Source of the DNA: the human T2T-CHM13v2.0 reference genome, Homo sapiens
Direction: 5' to 3' (one strand)
NCBI RefSeq assembly: GCF_009914755.1
Contig: NC_060935.1
Length of the DNA stretch: 64,000 nt
The notes beneath the pieces were generated by a model that was not told the origin of the DNA, searched no databases, and saw only the letters and a list, made by a program, of their open reading frames with translations. Below are positions 1 to 13,999 of this stretch, piece by piece. Both the position numbers and the translations under genes were made by a program. The stretch's first letter is position 1. Each line of letters starts with the position of its first letter.

Positions 1-209
1 GGGCAACATAGTAGACCTCATCATTGCAAAAAATAAACAAAATTAGCTGGACCTGGTGGTATGCATCTTTAGTACCAGCTACTCAGGAGGAGAAGGTGGG
101 GGGATTGCTTGAGCTCGGGAAGTTGAGGCTACAGTGAGCCACGATCATGCCACTGCACTCTAGCCTGTCTAATAGAGTAAAAACCTGTCTCACCTGTCTC
201 AAAAAAAAA
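1..209 (+). mobile_element. Alu (old, AluJ-like), 5' part outside window
   Basis: Alu linker and right arm (aaattagctgg...tacagtgagccacgatcatgccactgcactctagcctg) ending in an A tail. Confidence 0.9.
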
Positions 210-329
210 TGTCCAAAATTAGAACTGATGACCGACTTACCTTGAAATGACCAGTAGAGCTGATCTTATCCTGATTCATATCAATCTTCAAGGAGGAAGA
301 ACTGACCATGCTCCAGAAAGATCAAGTAA

Positions 330-1560
330 AATATGGACACAAAAGGTCTATTTGAGTTTTCAGTTATAAGGTTCCTGGTAACATTATAAAGAATAATTTC
401 TATGGAGTTATGGTGAAGTAAAAGAATGGGAGGTGAAGATGTAGATACAGAGTATAGCCTACTCTGTAGGAGAAGCTGGCTGTAAAATGATGGAAAGAGA
501 AATGAAGCAACTAGAAAAAGGTGCCTAGTTGAAGGTGAATTGTTGTTGTTGTTTTAATATAGGCTAGATGCTTATAAGCTAAGAATCTAGTAACAAAGGA
601 GAAATTAAAGATAACAGAAAAGGGATAATTCATCAAGGAAGTCTAGAAGAAGCCAGGAAAGGATGAGATCACAGTACAAGTGAATATATTAGTCTTGGAC
701 AGGAGAAATGACACAGTTTCTTCTAAGATGTGTGTGAGGGTAGCGACAGGGGAACAACTAAAGAAAAGTTTATAAGTGAGGAGAGGAAGTGAAAAGAGTT
801 CATGTCTAATGGTATTTGTTTTTTCAAAGGAGTTAATCTGCTGTTGGTGAAGGGACTGGCCAGGGCGGGGTGTGTGGGGCAGTGTGGGGAAGATATAAGA
901 TAGCTATTGTGTGAAGATGGTGGGCTAACCATGAAGACCAGTATGGTATTTAGGGCTCAGCTGACATCGGAGACCCCTTATGTGTAGTGGCACCAACATA
1001 CACCACTGTGAGATTTTCTCCTCCATCAACACTCAACTCCGGGACAAGGCAGATGTTTGAACTCATCCTAGGCCAGGGACTTGTGTTGGGTGGATATGGT
1101 GGCATAACTAGGGGTTGATGGGTGAGAATGCTGGTGAGAGAGCTATTACAGTGGTTTAGGCTGCATAGGAAAGAAAGCAAGATGAAGAGAGGGCTGATGA
1201 CCTGGGAGAAAGTAGAGGCCAAGGGACTGGAAGGCATGAGCAAAGGAGTGAGCAATGGAAGAATAACTGTGGTGAGTGGGATATTGGAGTTTTCGATTTC
1301 AGATACGGAATAGTTGTGGGGAATGGGAGATTCAGAGTATAACCCCTGGAGGAGGATACTAATATGGTTTAAAAGTAAGTTTCCATGGAATTGAAGAGGT
1401 GGGCATGCTCCATGCATATAGGGTAGTGTCCTGGAGAATTGCCAATGATTTAGACTGGGACGAGTTGACAGCACGAGACACAAAGCATGAATACTAAAAA
1501 GGAAGAGTTTTTGCTGTAGGTGGGAAGAATAGTAGCCTGAAGTGGCACTAAGGAGCTAGA
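330..1560 (-). mobile_element. LINE-2 remnant (degenerate ORF2 region)
   Basis: Purine-rich L2-like plus-strand text (gaatgggaggtgaagatgtagatacagagtatag...). Minus-strand ORF 950-1483 has L2-ORF2-like decayed composition. Boundaries approximate. Confidence 0.6.
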
Positions 1561-1845
1561 AAACTGTAACTCCTTCGTTTTACTTCATTTTTCTCCTTTC
1601 TTCCAGTTTAGATCCTTTATCATCCCATTTGGATTAAAGAAATATTCTACTAATTGATTTCCCTGATTTTGGTCTCACTCTAAGTGTCCACATACACAGG
1701 ACTTCTAGCTTGACCTTGTAGAACAGTCTTGACAGCCTTTACTTCACTCCTGCTCGCAAACTTCAGTATCTCTCTGTGGAATAAAATCCAAATTTCTTAG
1801 CCTGGCCCTTAAGGTTCCAAGCATAGAGATGGCTTCAATCTACTA

Positions 1846-2659
<814 letters not shown>

Positions 2660-3663
2660 TACTTTGCTTTGTATATCTAGTTTGAAGCAATATCAAACAT
2701 TAGCTTGTATTGGTCTAAACTCTACACTTCTTTACCTAATCTTAGAGTACTTTCCTGAAAGTGGTTTTGTTTGCTGTCTGGAATGCTTCTCCACTCCTCT
2801 GAATATTCAACTCCATTTATCCTTCAAGGACCAAATCAAATACAGATTCTTCCCTGCATCAAAGGACATTTCCTTTCCCTATTCTTCTTAAAATTCCACT
2901 TTACTCCCTATATTCTAGTTAGTCCTGTACCTAATAAGAAAGAACCATGCCCAATTTATGCTCATAACCCCAGCTCATAATACTTCGCTCATTATCTTGC
3001 TCCTTGTAGGTATCCAGTGTCTGCTAACTAAATGCATTCATACATTCATGAATAAATAAATAGAGCTCTTATAACGTTGCAGTCGTGTTAAGGGTCAGAA
3101 TCCTTCACTAGAAGATAATCTCGAGGTTTAGGGTTGATATTATATTTTTTATCCTCAATACTTAGCACCATTCTGGAAACATTGTAACCTAAGTACACAG
3201 TACAATAAAATCTTGGTAAATGGAATTGAATTAGTGTCTTCACACCTAAGTCATTCTCACTGTGTCAATCCCAAGTGCTCTAGAGAGTGAACACGGTCTC
3301 TGAAACAGCAAATAGCTGTTAATATCCTGAAGTGAGTAAAATGCTGCCTCTTAGAACTGGATAGCAAGTCTCTTAACAGAGACTATTTATTTATTCTTTC
3401 ATTCGTTGAGTCATACCATGAATTGCAATTGATCTATATCCAATAACTATTATAGACACTAAGGAGAAAACAATCTGTGAAAATAAGGAGGTGAAAGAAT
3501 GGGCTTGGCTTCTTGCTGGGATTTAAATGCCCTTTTTCTTAAGGAAACAAAATGCATGCCTATGTTGCATTTTCGCTCTAGGATTTTCCAAGGGAAACCC
3601 TTCTTCTAAGGACGGTCATGTCACAGTAGAACTGAAAATATTCCCCATCAGTATTAGACCTGA

Positions 3664-4548
<885 letters not shown>

Positions 4549-5024
4549 TGCATTACAGCTGTGAGAAAGAGCACTGTGGCTTTGGCAGCTGTTCTACAGG
4601 ACAGTGAGGCTATAGCCCCTTCACAATATAGTATCCCTCTAATCACACACAGGAAGAGTGTGTAGAAGTGGAAATACGTATGCCTCCTTTCCCAAATGTC
4701 ACTGCCTTAGGTATCTTCCAAGAGCTTAGATGAGAGCATATCATCAGGAAAGTTTCAACAATGTCCATTACTCCCCCAAACCTCCTGGCTCTCAAGGATG
4801 ACCACATTCTGATACAGCCTACTTCAAGCCTTTTGTTTTACTGCTCCCCAGCATTTACTGTAACTCTGCCATCTTCCCTCCCACAATTAGAGTTGTATGC
4901 CAGCCCCTAATATTCACCACTGGCTTTTCTCTCCCCTGGCCTTTGCTGAAGCTCTTCCCTCTTTTTCAAATGTCTATTGATATTCTCCCATTTTCACTGC
5001 CCAACTAAAATACTATTAATATTT

Positions 5025-5163
5025 CTTTCTTTTCTTTTCTTTTTTTTGAGACAAGGTCTCACTATGTTGCCCAGGCTGGTCTCAAACTCCAGAGCTCAAG
5101 AGATCCTCCTGCCTCAGCCTCCTAAGTACCTGGGATTACAGGCATGTGCCACCACACCTGGCT
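5025..5163 (-). mobile_element. FLAM/Alu left monomer in OLFML1 3'UTR
   Basis: T-rich tail then gagacaaggtctcactatgttgcccaggctggtctcaaactcc...gccaccacacctggc. Confidence 0.85.
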
Positions 5164-5240
5164 TAAAATACTATTTCTTATTGAGGTTTAACCTCTATTT
5201 CCCCTAGCCCTGTCCTTCCACTAAGCTTGGTAGATGTAAT

Positions 5241-5246
5241 AATAAA
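5241..5246 (+). terminator. Candidate proximal polyadenylation signal of OLFML1
   Basis: AATAAA, followed ~35 nt later by GT-rich ggtgtggagtgtttg. Confidence 0.5.
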
Positions 5247-5671
5247 GTGAAAATATTAACATTTGAATATCGCTTTCCAGGTGTGGAGTGTTTGCACATC
5301 ATTGAATTCTCGTTTCACCTTTGTGAAACATGCACAAGTCTTTACAGCTGTCATTCTAGAGTTTAGGTGAGTAACACAATTACAAAGTGAAAGATACAGC
5401 TAGAAAATACTACAAATCCCATAGTTTTTCCATTGCCCAAGGAAGCATCAAATACGTATGTTTGTTCACCTACTCTTATAGTCAATGCGTTCATCGTTTC
5501 AGCCTAAAAATAATAGTCTGTCCCTTTAGCCAGTTTTCATGTCTGCACAAGACCTTTCAATAGGCCTTTCAAATGATAATTCCTCCAGAAAACCAGTCTA
5601 AGGGTGAGGACCCCAACTCTAGCCTCCTCTTGTCTTGCTGTCCTCTGTTTCTCTCTTTCTGCTTTAAATTC

Positions 5672-5677
5672 AATAAA
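5672..5677 (+). terminator. Candidate distal polyadenylation signal of OLFML1
   Basis: AATAAA downstream of a U-rich stretch. Confidence 0.65.
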
Positions 5678-6681
5678 AGTGACACTGAGCAAATAACCTC
5701 ATCAGGTTATATTTGCCCACATACCCTAAGCACAAAAGCTTTCTGGGAGTGCTGCTTGTGTTAGGTTTACTGTGAATGATTCCCAACACACTGAGGCCCT
5801 GGTAAATATTCTGGAATCTGGACAGAAGCCATACAGCAGGCAAGCGACTCTGCCACAGCAGGCATGCCCTGTGGCACCGAGGGCAGCATGCCTCTTGACA
5901 GGGGCTTCCTCAGTGTTTCCCACGTGTTTGTCCAATTCAGCTAAGTTCGAGTCACAAGTGCAGGCTGTGGTGCCAGTCTGTGTCACGTGCTGAAGCCTCT
6001 GTCTTTCCAGGTTGGTCACATGAGAAGGTTTGCTTTGTGTGCTTGCAGCTGTTTTCCTGTCTTTGCCAAGCCCAGGCTGGGACCATAGGCAGTGAAGAGA
6101 AAATGTTTTTTTCCATAGCATTTGAGTAGATATTTGGCAGAAGGGAATTACTCAACCCATGGATACAGTGTAATTACCCACAGTTCTAACAGAATGGTAC
6201 AGAGAGGCCAAATCCTTTGTGGAATGAGACAGGTATGAATAAATAAATGTGATATTACCTGCCCTATTACCTACCTATTTCACAGATAGAAGGAATGTGG
6301 GCTGCCTCACAGAGGATAGTGGGGTAGATTTATCAATAGGAGTGAGTCCTGCAACCGTAGTTCCTTTGGAGGCACAGAGGGGAGGTTGCCTGAAATGTGC
6401 TGTCTAGATTCCACCTGGGATATGATTTGATTGACAGCTCTGCAGGGCACATCTGCCCCAAACAACTCACCTTGGTACCTACCTTAAATCCCTGCAGCTC
6501 GAATCACTCTTTTAGGTCAAGACATTTTCTCCAGGAAGCCCCTGTTAAGGGACCACTTTGCTTCTTGTGAGCCAGCGCAGGTCAGTATGCAGGCCTGGGA
6601 ATGGGGTTTCTTTCAGGTGAACGTTTTAGCTCTGGGGTCTTGTTGGATTTAAGTGAAGACTGACATCGACATGGCCTACAT

Positions 6682-6860
6682 CAGTGGTTCTTAAACTTTG
6701 TTGCACATAAGAATCACCTGCGGAGTTTTAACAGTCCTCATGCCGTGGCCATATCCCCAAGACCATTAAATCAGAACCTCTGGGGATGGATCGAGATATC
6801 AGTATTTTTAAAGTTCCTTCCCGCAAGTTGGTTCCAAAGTGCAAAGAAGCTCCAGAGCCG
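6682..6860. mobile_element. MER5-family hAT MITE
   Basis: cagtggttcttaaactt...agaatcacctg...attaaatcagaacctctgggg...cagtatttttaaag. Confidence 0.7.
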
Positions 6861-7679
6861 GTGACTTAGAACATTTAAAAAGGTAACTGTATCAATTTAA
6901 GAACAGGCTAGCAGTTTCTGGGGGCGGAGGTAAGGGGAGTGGCTCCGCTAGGGCAATAAAGGGTGGGATTCGGAAACAGCCATGACCTTGTGTGAACTGT
7001 GGCAGCCTGCGTCTACAAAAGTCGCTCTGCTGCTATTTTAAGGAAGTGAAAGAGAACTGAAGGGTGTCCTGTTGTAACACAACTCTTGCGGGCCCCAGCC
7101 TTCCCCTGCTGGCTGTGCTTTGGTCTGCTGCTGGCCAGGTTCCCGCAGTGACCACACGTCTCATATTTGCCAGGGTGGGTTAGGTTCTGTTCACATGTAA
7201 AATTCTCCTGGGCCTACTGGTCATTTCAGACCGCGAGGGTAAATTTGGTTTGAAAAAGTTGTGTCCTGTGGAGTTTGTCGACACTCCAGCCTGTAGAGAA
7301 CTAAAGGCTAGGGCTGTGGTGACTCCTGCCAGAGCTGGGGACTATGCCGAGTCCCTGGTGTCGCTGCCATCTGAGGCCTACAGGGATTTTAAACAGCTTA
7401 ACAGCAGCCAGTCCTTGGAGGCCTGGGCAGGGCCACAACATAGCAGTACAACCAAAACGGGTTCAGGCCACACGCTGGAGGTAGGGGCTGGACCAGATCT
7501 CCAGCTTCAGTCCTCCCCAGTTCGAGAACCCATTCCTGTGGTCAGACATTGCCAACGCTTTTCTTGGACCTAAGGTCCCAGACCTTGGCGCTGGGCACAG
7601 GGAAATGCTTCCTGACCTCGGCTCTTCATAAGACAGAACTTTTGTTTGGTGCCAACCACTAGAGGGACCTCCACCCCAG

Positions 7680-9020
7680 GTTGCGAGTGCAGCGCGGCGG
7701 GACCTGGGATGATTCGGGGGCTTTCCGACCTGCTTAGGGAGGGCGGCTCAGAGACAACCTCAATTTTGCCTGGATTGCACGCGGGCCGAGGAAGTCGGGA
7801 TGCTCCGAAGGGTTTCTGCTCTGGGAGTGCCTCTAATGTGGGTTTTCTATGCTTTCTCTCTTCGCAATTCTCGACACCGTTTCCTTCTTCCTCGCTTTCA
7901 TTCCCTGTGACCGGAGAACGGCGCTGAAGGACTGGAGAAGCCCAGGAGACTGGGAGCCGGAGCGCCGGGTACCCACCCGGGCCTCCCCGCAACCGGAGCT
8001 GTGCGGAGGAGGAGGCGCGGCGAACGGGGCGGGGCTCCCGGAAGGGGGCGCGGTCCGCCGAGAGAGGCGGGGCTGGGGCCCGGACGCGCGGCCCAGGGGG
8101 TGGGGACGAGGCAGGTTCGAAGGGGCGGGGCTGACCAGGCCGGTCCCCCGGGAACAGGAACCCTGGTGGACGGGTCCCAGCAGGCTTCTTCGGTGCCCGA
8201 GAGGGAGCGGGTGCCCAAGGGGGTGGTCCCTGTGGCAGGTCCCGGGGTGGGGGCGCGGCGCTCCGGGAAGAGCCTTCCGCAGGTCCCCGCCCCGTCACGT
8301 GGGCGCCGGCCCCGGCCGCTGCGGTCGGTCCGCTGGTTGGTCGGGCGCTTGGTCCGGCAGTTGGTCGGTGGGCCAGTGGCCCGTCGCTCGCTTCTGGGCT
8401 CTCATGTTTGAAGGTGGGAGGGACACGGGAGCGGCCCGCACACCTGAGCCGCCCGGAGAGGAGCCTCGGCCCCGTACCCAGGTCAGTGGGCTCTCCCCAC
8501 ACCCCGGGCTTGCCGCGCGGTCGGGGTTGGGATCCCCGTCGGGAGCATTACCTAGGGAGTGGAGCGCCCCCAGAGCTACGAAGCACGGGGACGTGTGGGT
8601 CAGTGTCTCTGTGAGCCCCGGAGCGTGTCCCAGGCTCGAGGACGGGGACCCTTCTCCAACTCCACTGGCCAGAAGCCTGGGAGGAGGGCAGAACTCCTGT
8701 GGGTTGGCTGCGAATCTCCACCCAACCCTGCCTGGGATCCGCGGACAGTCCGCACTCCTGCAGGTGCCAGCGTGGCCCTGGAGATGCGCAGGGAGGTGGG
8801 GTCCCTGAGTTCTGTGCGGCGCGTCCCAGCCCTGCTCAGCCCGGGGAGCAGCGGCGTGGACTAGGGAGCCTAAGGAGGTTGCGGAAGCTTTAGGTCTGTC
8901 AGCCCAGGCAATTCTCTGGTGGACACAGCGTGTGTCTAGATGCAGGGCCTCGGCTAAAGCCAGTTCTGTAGTGTAAGTGCAAAAATACAGCACACTTTTT
9001 AAAATCTAAAGCCGCCGCGT
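7680..9020 (+). promoter_or_regulatory. PPFIBP2: CpG-island promoter of PPFIBP2
   Basis: Sharp rise in GC and CpG density. GC boxes ggggcgggg (~8026, ~8122) and ccccgcccc (8285-8293), E-box GTCACGTG (8294-8301), no TATA box. Confidence 0.9.
8359..8481 (+). other. PPFIBP2: PPFIBP2 exon 1 (5'UTR, contains an upstream ATG); start approximate
   Basis: Lies in the CpG island and ends at the donor CCAG|GTCAGT (GT 8482-83). The TSS cannot be fixed from sequence alone. Confidence 0.75.
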
Positions 9021-10244
9021 CCCAGTAGACTGCAGGATGGGGACGGTCCTATTTAAAAGTGGGCTCCCTCCTCACCTCATCACATCAGATTCCAGACCCG
9101 CAGTTTTTCCTCGGATGAAAATAAGATTATGTAACAAGAGAACAGAACTTCCAGCGTTTGGATAGGATTAAGACAGGCATTCTTGCCAGTGTTTAATCTT
9201 CTTAAAAAACGAATCTAATTATATTTTTACTTTTAGAGCAGCCAGATATTTGGTATAGATCCGTGTCCCTTTTCTATATTTTGGTCTACTTCCTGTCTTT
9301 CTCTTCGTCTCTCTCCTTTCTCAACCCCTCCTTAATTGATTGTAATACAAATCTGAAGTGTTTTCAAATTTGTAGTGTATTATGTGAAGTTAAATGGTCA
9401 ACTACAGAAAAGTAGTTGGTTTTCGACATAATTCATCTTCAGCATATTCAGTCTTTCATTATTATAGGTGTATGGAAAGCTGTAAGTGTTATCTAATTTA
9501 GAAATTATTTCTCTTTGGCTTAAGAGAGGCAACCCATTTGTACTTTGCTTAAATTCATAGCTAAATAAATTTGAAGTGGGAGATGGGGATGATTGATGAG
9601 GTTTTCACTGATTGCATTTATCCATGTTTTATTTAACATATTTCAATTATTAGTAATACTATTTTAAGATTTGGTGATGTGACAGTTGTTAGCTTATTGC
9701 TACTGGAGAGATAAGCTGCTTACCATGATGCCTTCTTTACTGGGTAGCTAAGGGAGATGCGCTTTGACTTTAAAAGAGTAAGTGGAATGAGATCAATGAC
9801 ATGAAGGCGGTAGGAACAAAGTTATGGGAATTCCTGTCTTTCATCTGAGCAGGGAAATCTGGGATAATTTTAAGAAAGGGTGATGTGATGGACCTCAAAG
9901 GATCCCTCCTGGGGTTTTTGAGGCAGAGAAGGGTAGAGTGTGGCCTGGGCTGTGACAACTGTGTGGGCAGGCAGGCATGGACTCACCATGAGAAGTGGCC
10001 AGTGGTCCAGCTTGGCTCTTATGTCAAGTGCTAGTCAGGAAAGCTGGTGACAAGGCTGGAAAATAGTCCCAGCTGTCCAGTACAGAAGTCTGGACTTGGT
10101 CTGAAGGCACAGCAGGGGACTGACTGATGGTTCTGTGAACTTCTCAAAGTCAAAGACCTTGGTCCTTGACCCTCCCAATTCCTAGCCTGATACAGAGAAA
10201 ATCCAGTAAATATTTGTGGAGTGCATGGTCTGACAACACTGTAG

Positions 10245-10530
10245 AGCAGAGCTTCTCAAAGTTGAGAATCCTGTGGGGATCTTGTTCAAATGCAAATTAT
10301 GATTCCATAGGTCAGGGGTGGGACTTGACATTCTGTGTTTCTAACAGATTCCCAGGAGCTTGCTGATCATTTCCCTATGTGTAGCAAGGATTTAGAGTAG
10401 CAGTTTGCAAACCTGGCTATGCCTCATAATCGCCTGGGGAGTTTTGTAAAACGTTCAGATTAAGTAGTCTGGGATGTTTTTACCAAGTTCCCCCAGGTGA
10501 TTCTGTTGACAAACCCGAAGGCAACTGCTG
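10245..10530. mobile_element. Two adjacent MER5A-like MITE remnants
   Basis: ttctcaaagttgagaatcc...ttctaacagattcccagg; cagtttgcaaacctggc...aagttcccccaggtgattctg. Confidence 0.6.
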
Positions 10531-10858
10531 CAATGGCAAAGTTCTGGGAGTGTGGTGGGAAGCAAACTCCAAGGGAAAAAGACAGTGGGGGCGGCGAGGC
10601 CGGATAGGAAACCGGGAGGCTGATCCAGGGTCAAAGGGATGAGGCCTTATTTTGGGCCTGAGAGAGTGATGAGGTGGGGACAGGTAGGGAGACTTCGGAG
10701 AGATAGAATCTGTAGGACAGAGGACTAGGGAATGGGACAGTCTCTAGACTGATTAGATGCAATGAGAAGTGAGGAGGGAGAAACAATGCTGGGAAGATTC
10801 AGCTTTGGGCCTGAGGAATGGTATGGCCTTTAGACTGTAATGTTTAAGGTAAAGTTTA

Positions 10859-11266
10859 TGAAAGGTTCTTGTATTGGTTCGAACCCCGAGAGCCTGCCAA
10901 CAGACAACATGAGGCGGTGTGGGGCAACGTGCTGTTTTAACGAGCGCCTGGGTGCAGGTGGGCTGAGGCCTAAAATGGCGTCAGCACCAAGTGAGGACGA
11001 GGCAGGGGTTTTATAGTTTCCTGTAAACAAGAAGTGTCTCAGTCTGATGTAACTTCTGCACAGTACCCAGACGGCCCCTCTCTCTGTCTTCAAGGGGTAC
11101 GTGTCTTCCAGCCAGGGTAGGTGTCTTCTGGCCGGCTGTCTTCCTGCTTCTGCTGTCTTGCTGATGCACACTGCTGGCGCAACTGGCCTTGCACCTTGGG
11201 ACTGGGCCTGAGAAGGGAGGAGTTACTCATCTCTTCAAGCTTTCAGACCCCGGGGAGAATCTTTCA
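10859..11266 (-). mobile_element. 3' LTR of provirus
   Basis: Direct repeat of 14424-14831; about 48 mismatches in 408 bp by hand count (~12%). Confidence 0.93.
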
Positions 11267-11399
11267 TTCCTGTCTATTTGGTTATAGTAAAAAGGGAAAA
11301 GGGGTGACTTTCTCAATAACTACTTCAGGCGTGACTTAGGGGTGGTGTGGGCTCCTTGGAAAAAGAAAAACTTAATTTTTAGGGTATTCTTGAGAGATG

Positions 11400-12172
11400 T
11401 GTTGGTATCCATCGTGTCGTTGTAGCAGGAGCATAGTCTGAATTGTCTGGTGGCTAACTGTAGTTTCAATAAGAGTTTTAGTGGCTTTTATTATTAGTGG
11501 GATAACACAGGGGAGAAAAAGTGATGAAGATTACTGTCCCTACCAGGGTTTTAAATCCTCCTAAATTAGAGAACTGTTGTCCGGCTGCTAGAGTGAGAGC
11601 TCGAGTGAGGGTGATGAGTTCAGCTTTTTGGGAGGTGGTGCCTGGGAGGAGCAGATTGGCTTCAATAGTGTGGGGTCTTTAAGGGTAATGTGGACAGGGG
11701 TGTGGTGTTTTGCAACTGAGGGTGTGGAAATATCCCTAACAGCGGGGTTAACTACAGATAGGGGTAAGGAAAGGTTGCATGTTTTAGGGTGGGAGGTTGG
11801 AGGAGCAGAAGAAAGCTAGAAGCCTCGGAGGGGTCTGGGTTGATGCGTTGGGTACTACGGGGAATGTGGAAGTGGAGAGTAGTGTGGAGTTTTGAAAGGA
11901 TGTCCCTGCCTAGGAGCAGAGTTGGGCATGAGGGCAGGACTAAGAAAAAGTGAGTGAAGGAAAAGGTGTGCAGGAAGCAGAAAAGTGGAGGGGTGGCTCG
12001 GGGTTAGGAGACTTGTCCATCAATTCCCACAACAGAGACTTAGGAGGACTGGGTGGGTCCTGAAAAATTAGGTAAAGCAGAGTAGGTCACCCATGTTGAT
12101 TAAAACCATCAGGGTTACCCTTGGCTCGGATGAAGTGATGGTAGTTGCCGGGGCATCCATTCCAGGGCACCA
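11400..12172 (-). pseudogene. Fragmented retroviral pro / RT N-terminus / RNase H / env TM remnants
   Basis: Minus-strand translations TITSSEPRVTL (protease start), STPSVAKHHTPVHITLKDP (RT start), SQKAELITLTRALTLAAG (RNase H motif), FSNLGGFKTLVGTVIFI (Env TM end). Confidence 0.75.
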
Positions 12173-13999
12173 TCAGTCTTCAGCGGCAAGGCAAATGAGA
12201 TCCGAGTAGGAGGTTTTGGCCTGCTCAGGAAGGGATGGGGGGCGGTCCCTGCAGGGGCCGCTCATAGTCCGACTTCCAGTGGGGTCCTCCGCAGAGGGGG
12301 CACGGCCTGGTGGGCTTACCTGGGTATGGGCATTGTCTGGACCAGTGGCTTTCATTGCCGTACTTGAAACAGGCGCCAGGTGGAGGTGGATTGCTAGGAG
12401 GCTTCTGTGTGGAGCTGTGGCCCCGTGGGCCTGCAGGGCCCCTGATGGCGGAGGCAGGCATTTGAAACTCTGCCTGTTTTTGCCTTTTACTTTCCTCATC
12501 ATGATTGTTAAAGACTTTGAAGGCTAAATTAAGAAGGTCTTGTTGTGGGGTTTGAGGGCCGTCGTCAAGCTTCTGAAGCTTGCACCGAATATCGGGAATG
12601 GATTGGGAGATGAACCGAAGGTTTAAGATAGTGGTTCCTTCTGGGTTGGCTGGGTCTAGGTTGGTATATTTTCTCATGGCTTCAGTTACATGAGAGAGAA
12701 AAAGGGCTGGGTTTTTGTCAGGACTTTGGGTGATTTCTGGAAGTTTTTCATAGTTTACCACTTTATGGGCACCCTTTTTGAGTTCTGCAAGGAAACACAT
12801 AATTGTGTGGTCTCGATGGCAGCATCTAGAGGCCCTGTCTTGATAATCTCAGTGGGAGTCCTGGTTGGGGACTGCCTCTGCACCAGTAGGCTTGGCAGGA
12901 GCTTGTTGATGAATTGTGTCAGCATGCACCTGAGCTAGGGTCCAGACACAGTCCTGGTCTTCTGGGGTGAGGGTGGAAGAGGGGATAACGTAGAGGTCAT
13001 GCCAAGTTAGTTCATAAGACTGGGTAAGGTACTGAAACTCCCTGATATAAGAGGTAGGGTCGTCTGGAAATGAACCGAGTCTTTTGTTAATTTGAGAGAG
13101 ATCAGTGAGGGAGAAGGGAACATGAACTCTTAACAATACCTTCAGCTCTTGCTACTTCCCAAAGGGGACACTCTAGCACTGGCGCTGAAGTGAGGGTGGG
13201 GCATGAGCCAAAGATGGCGCTCGAGCGAGTATGGGCGGGAGAGAAGGAAGAAGTCAGAAGTCGTTCCTGCTGAGGGTTTGAAGGGGAAAGGGGGTTTGAG
13301 TTGATAAGCAGTGGAGGACAGATAGGGGCGTAAGGTGGCGGGATGGGTTTACAGGCTTCAGGAGAGGGCAGTGAGGAAGGAGAATGAGTACAGGCAGTGC
13401 TAGAGTTGTCCTCAGGAGAGGACAGTGTAGGAAAAGAAGTGGGTACTGCTGACTGGGAAGATGGTGGCTGGGAAGATGGCAGCTGAGAAGATGGCGACTG
13501 GGAAGATGGCAGCTGAGAAGATTGCGGCTGAGAAGATAAAGAGGAGGCTTGCGGGGTTAAAGAAGATGGTTGAGAGGGAGAGGTAGAGTCTGGGAGGAAT
13601 GGACAGCAGTCTGCTGGATCTAACGGGGAAAAAGAGGTATGGTCGGGAGGAGAAAGGCGATCAGGGCTGCGAGAATGGAGGAGAAGGATTTGAACAGGTG
13701 AGCAAGAATTGCAGAGGTCGGGTTGTGATCTGAGTGCCAAAAGGCCTGGAAATAAGGAATTTCTTCCTATTTCTTCGGTCGTTGGCAATACTTGCTTAAA
13801 TCAGTTAAAACTGTAAAGTCGAATGTTTCATTTGCCGGCCATTTGGACCGTTATCTAATTTGTACTGTGGCCAGACTGAATTGCAAAAAAAGAAAAGGCG
13901 CTTAGGGCGGATATCTTGCCTGAGGCCTAAGGTTTGCAGGTTTTTTATGAGGCAGCCTAGAGGGCTGTTTTTTGGAATGGAGGGCCGGGAGTTTCCCAT
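12173..13999 (-). pseudogene. Frameshifted gammaretrovirus-like gag
   Basis: MGNSRPSIPKNSPLGCLIKN (MA), PPPY late domain, VHVPFSLTDL...LTWHDL (CA), QSPDKNPALFL (MHR), two degenerate zinc knuckles CFKYGNESHWSRQC and CPLCGGPHWKSDY. Split over several ORFs. Confidence 0.9.

Larger units (their letters stand above)
4549..5700 (+). other. OLFML1: OLFML1 3'UTR
   Basis: Follows the stop codon and contains two AATAAA hexamers; 3' end approximate. Confidence 0.75.

Noticed and set aside
950-1483. 177-aa minus-strand ORF
   Set aside because: Lies within an L2 remnant; decayed retroelement sequence, not a gene.
7570-8993. Long overlapping ORFs (310, 319 and 232 aa) across the CpG island
   Set aside because: Stop-poor GC-rich DNA gives Pro/Arg/Gly-rich ORFs in several frames on both strands with no domain. 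Only the 8404-8481 part is kept, as a uORF.
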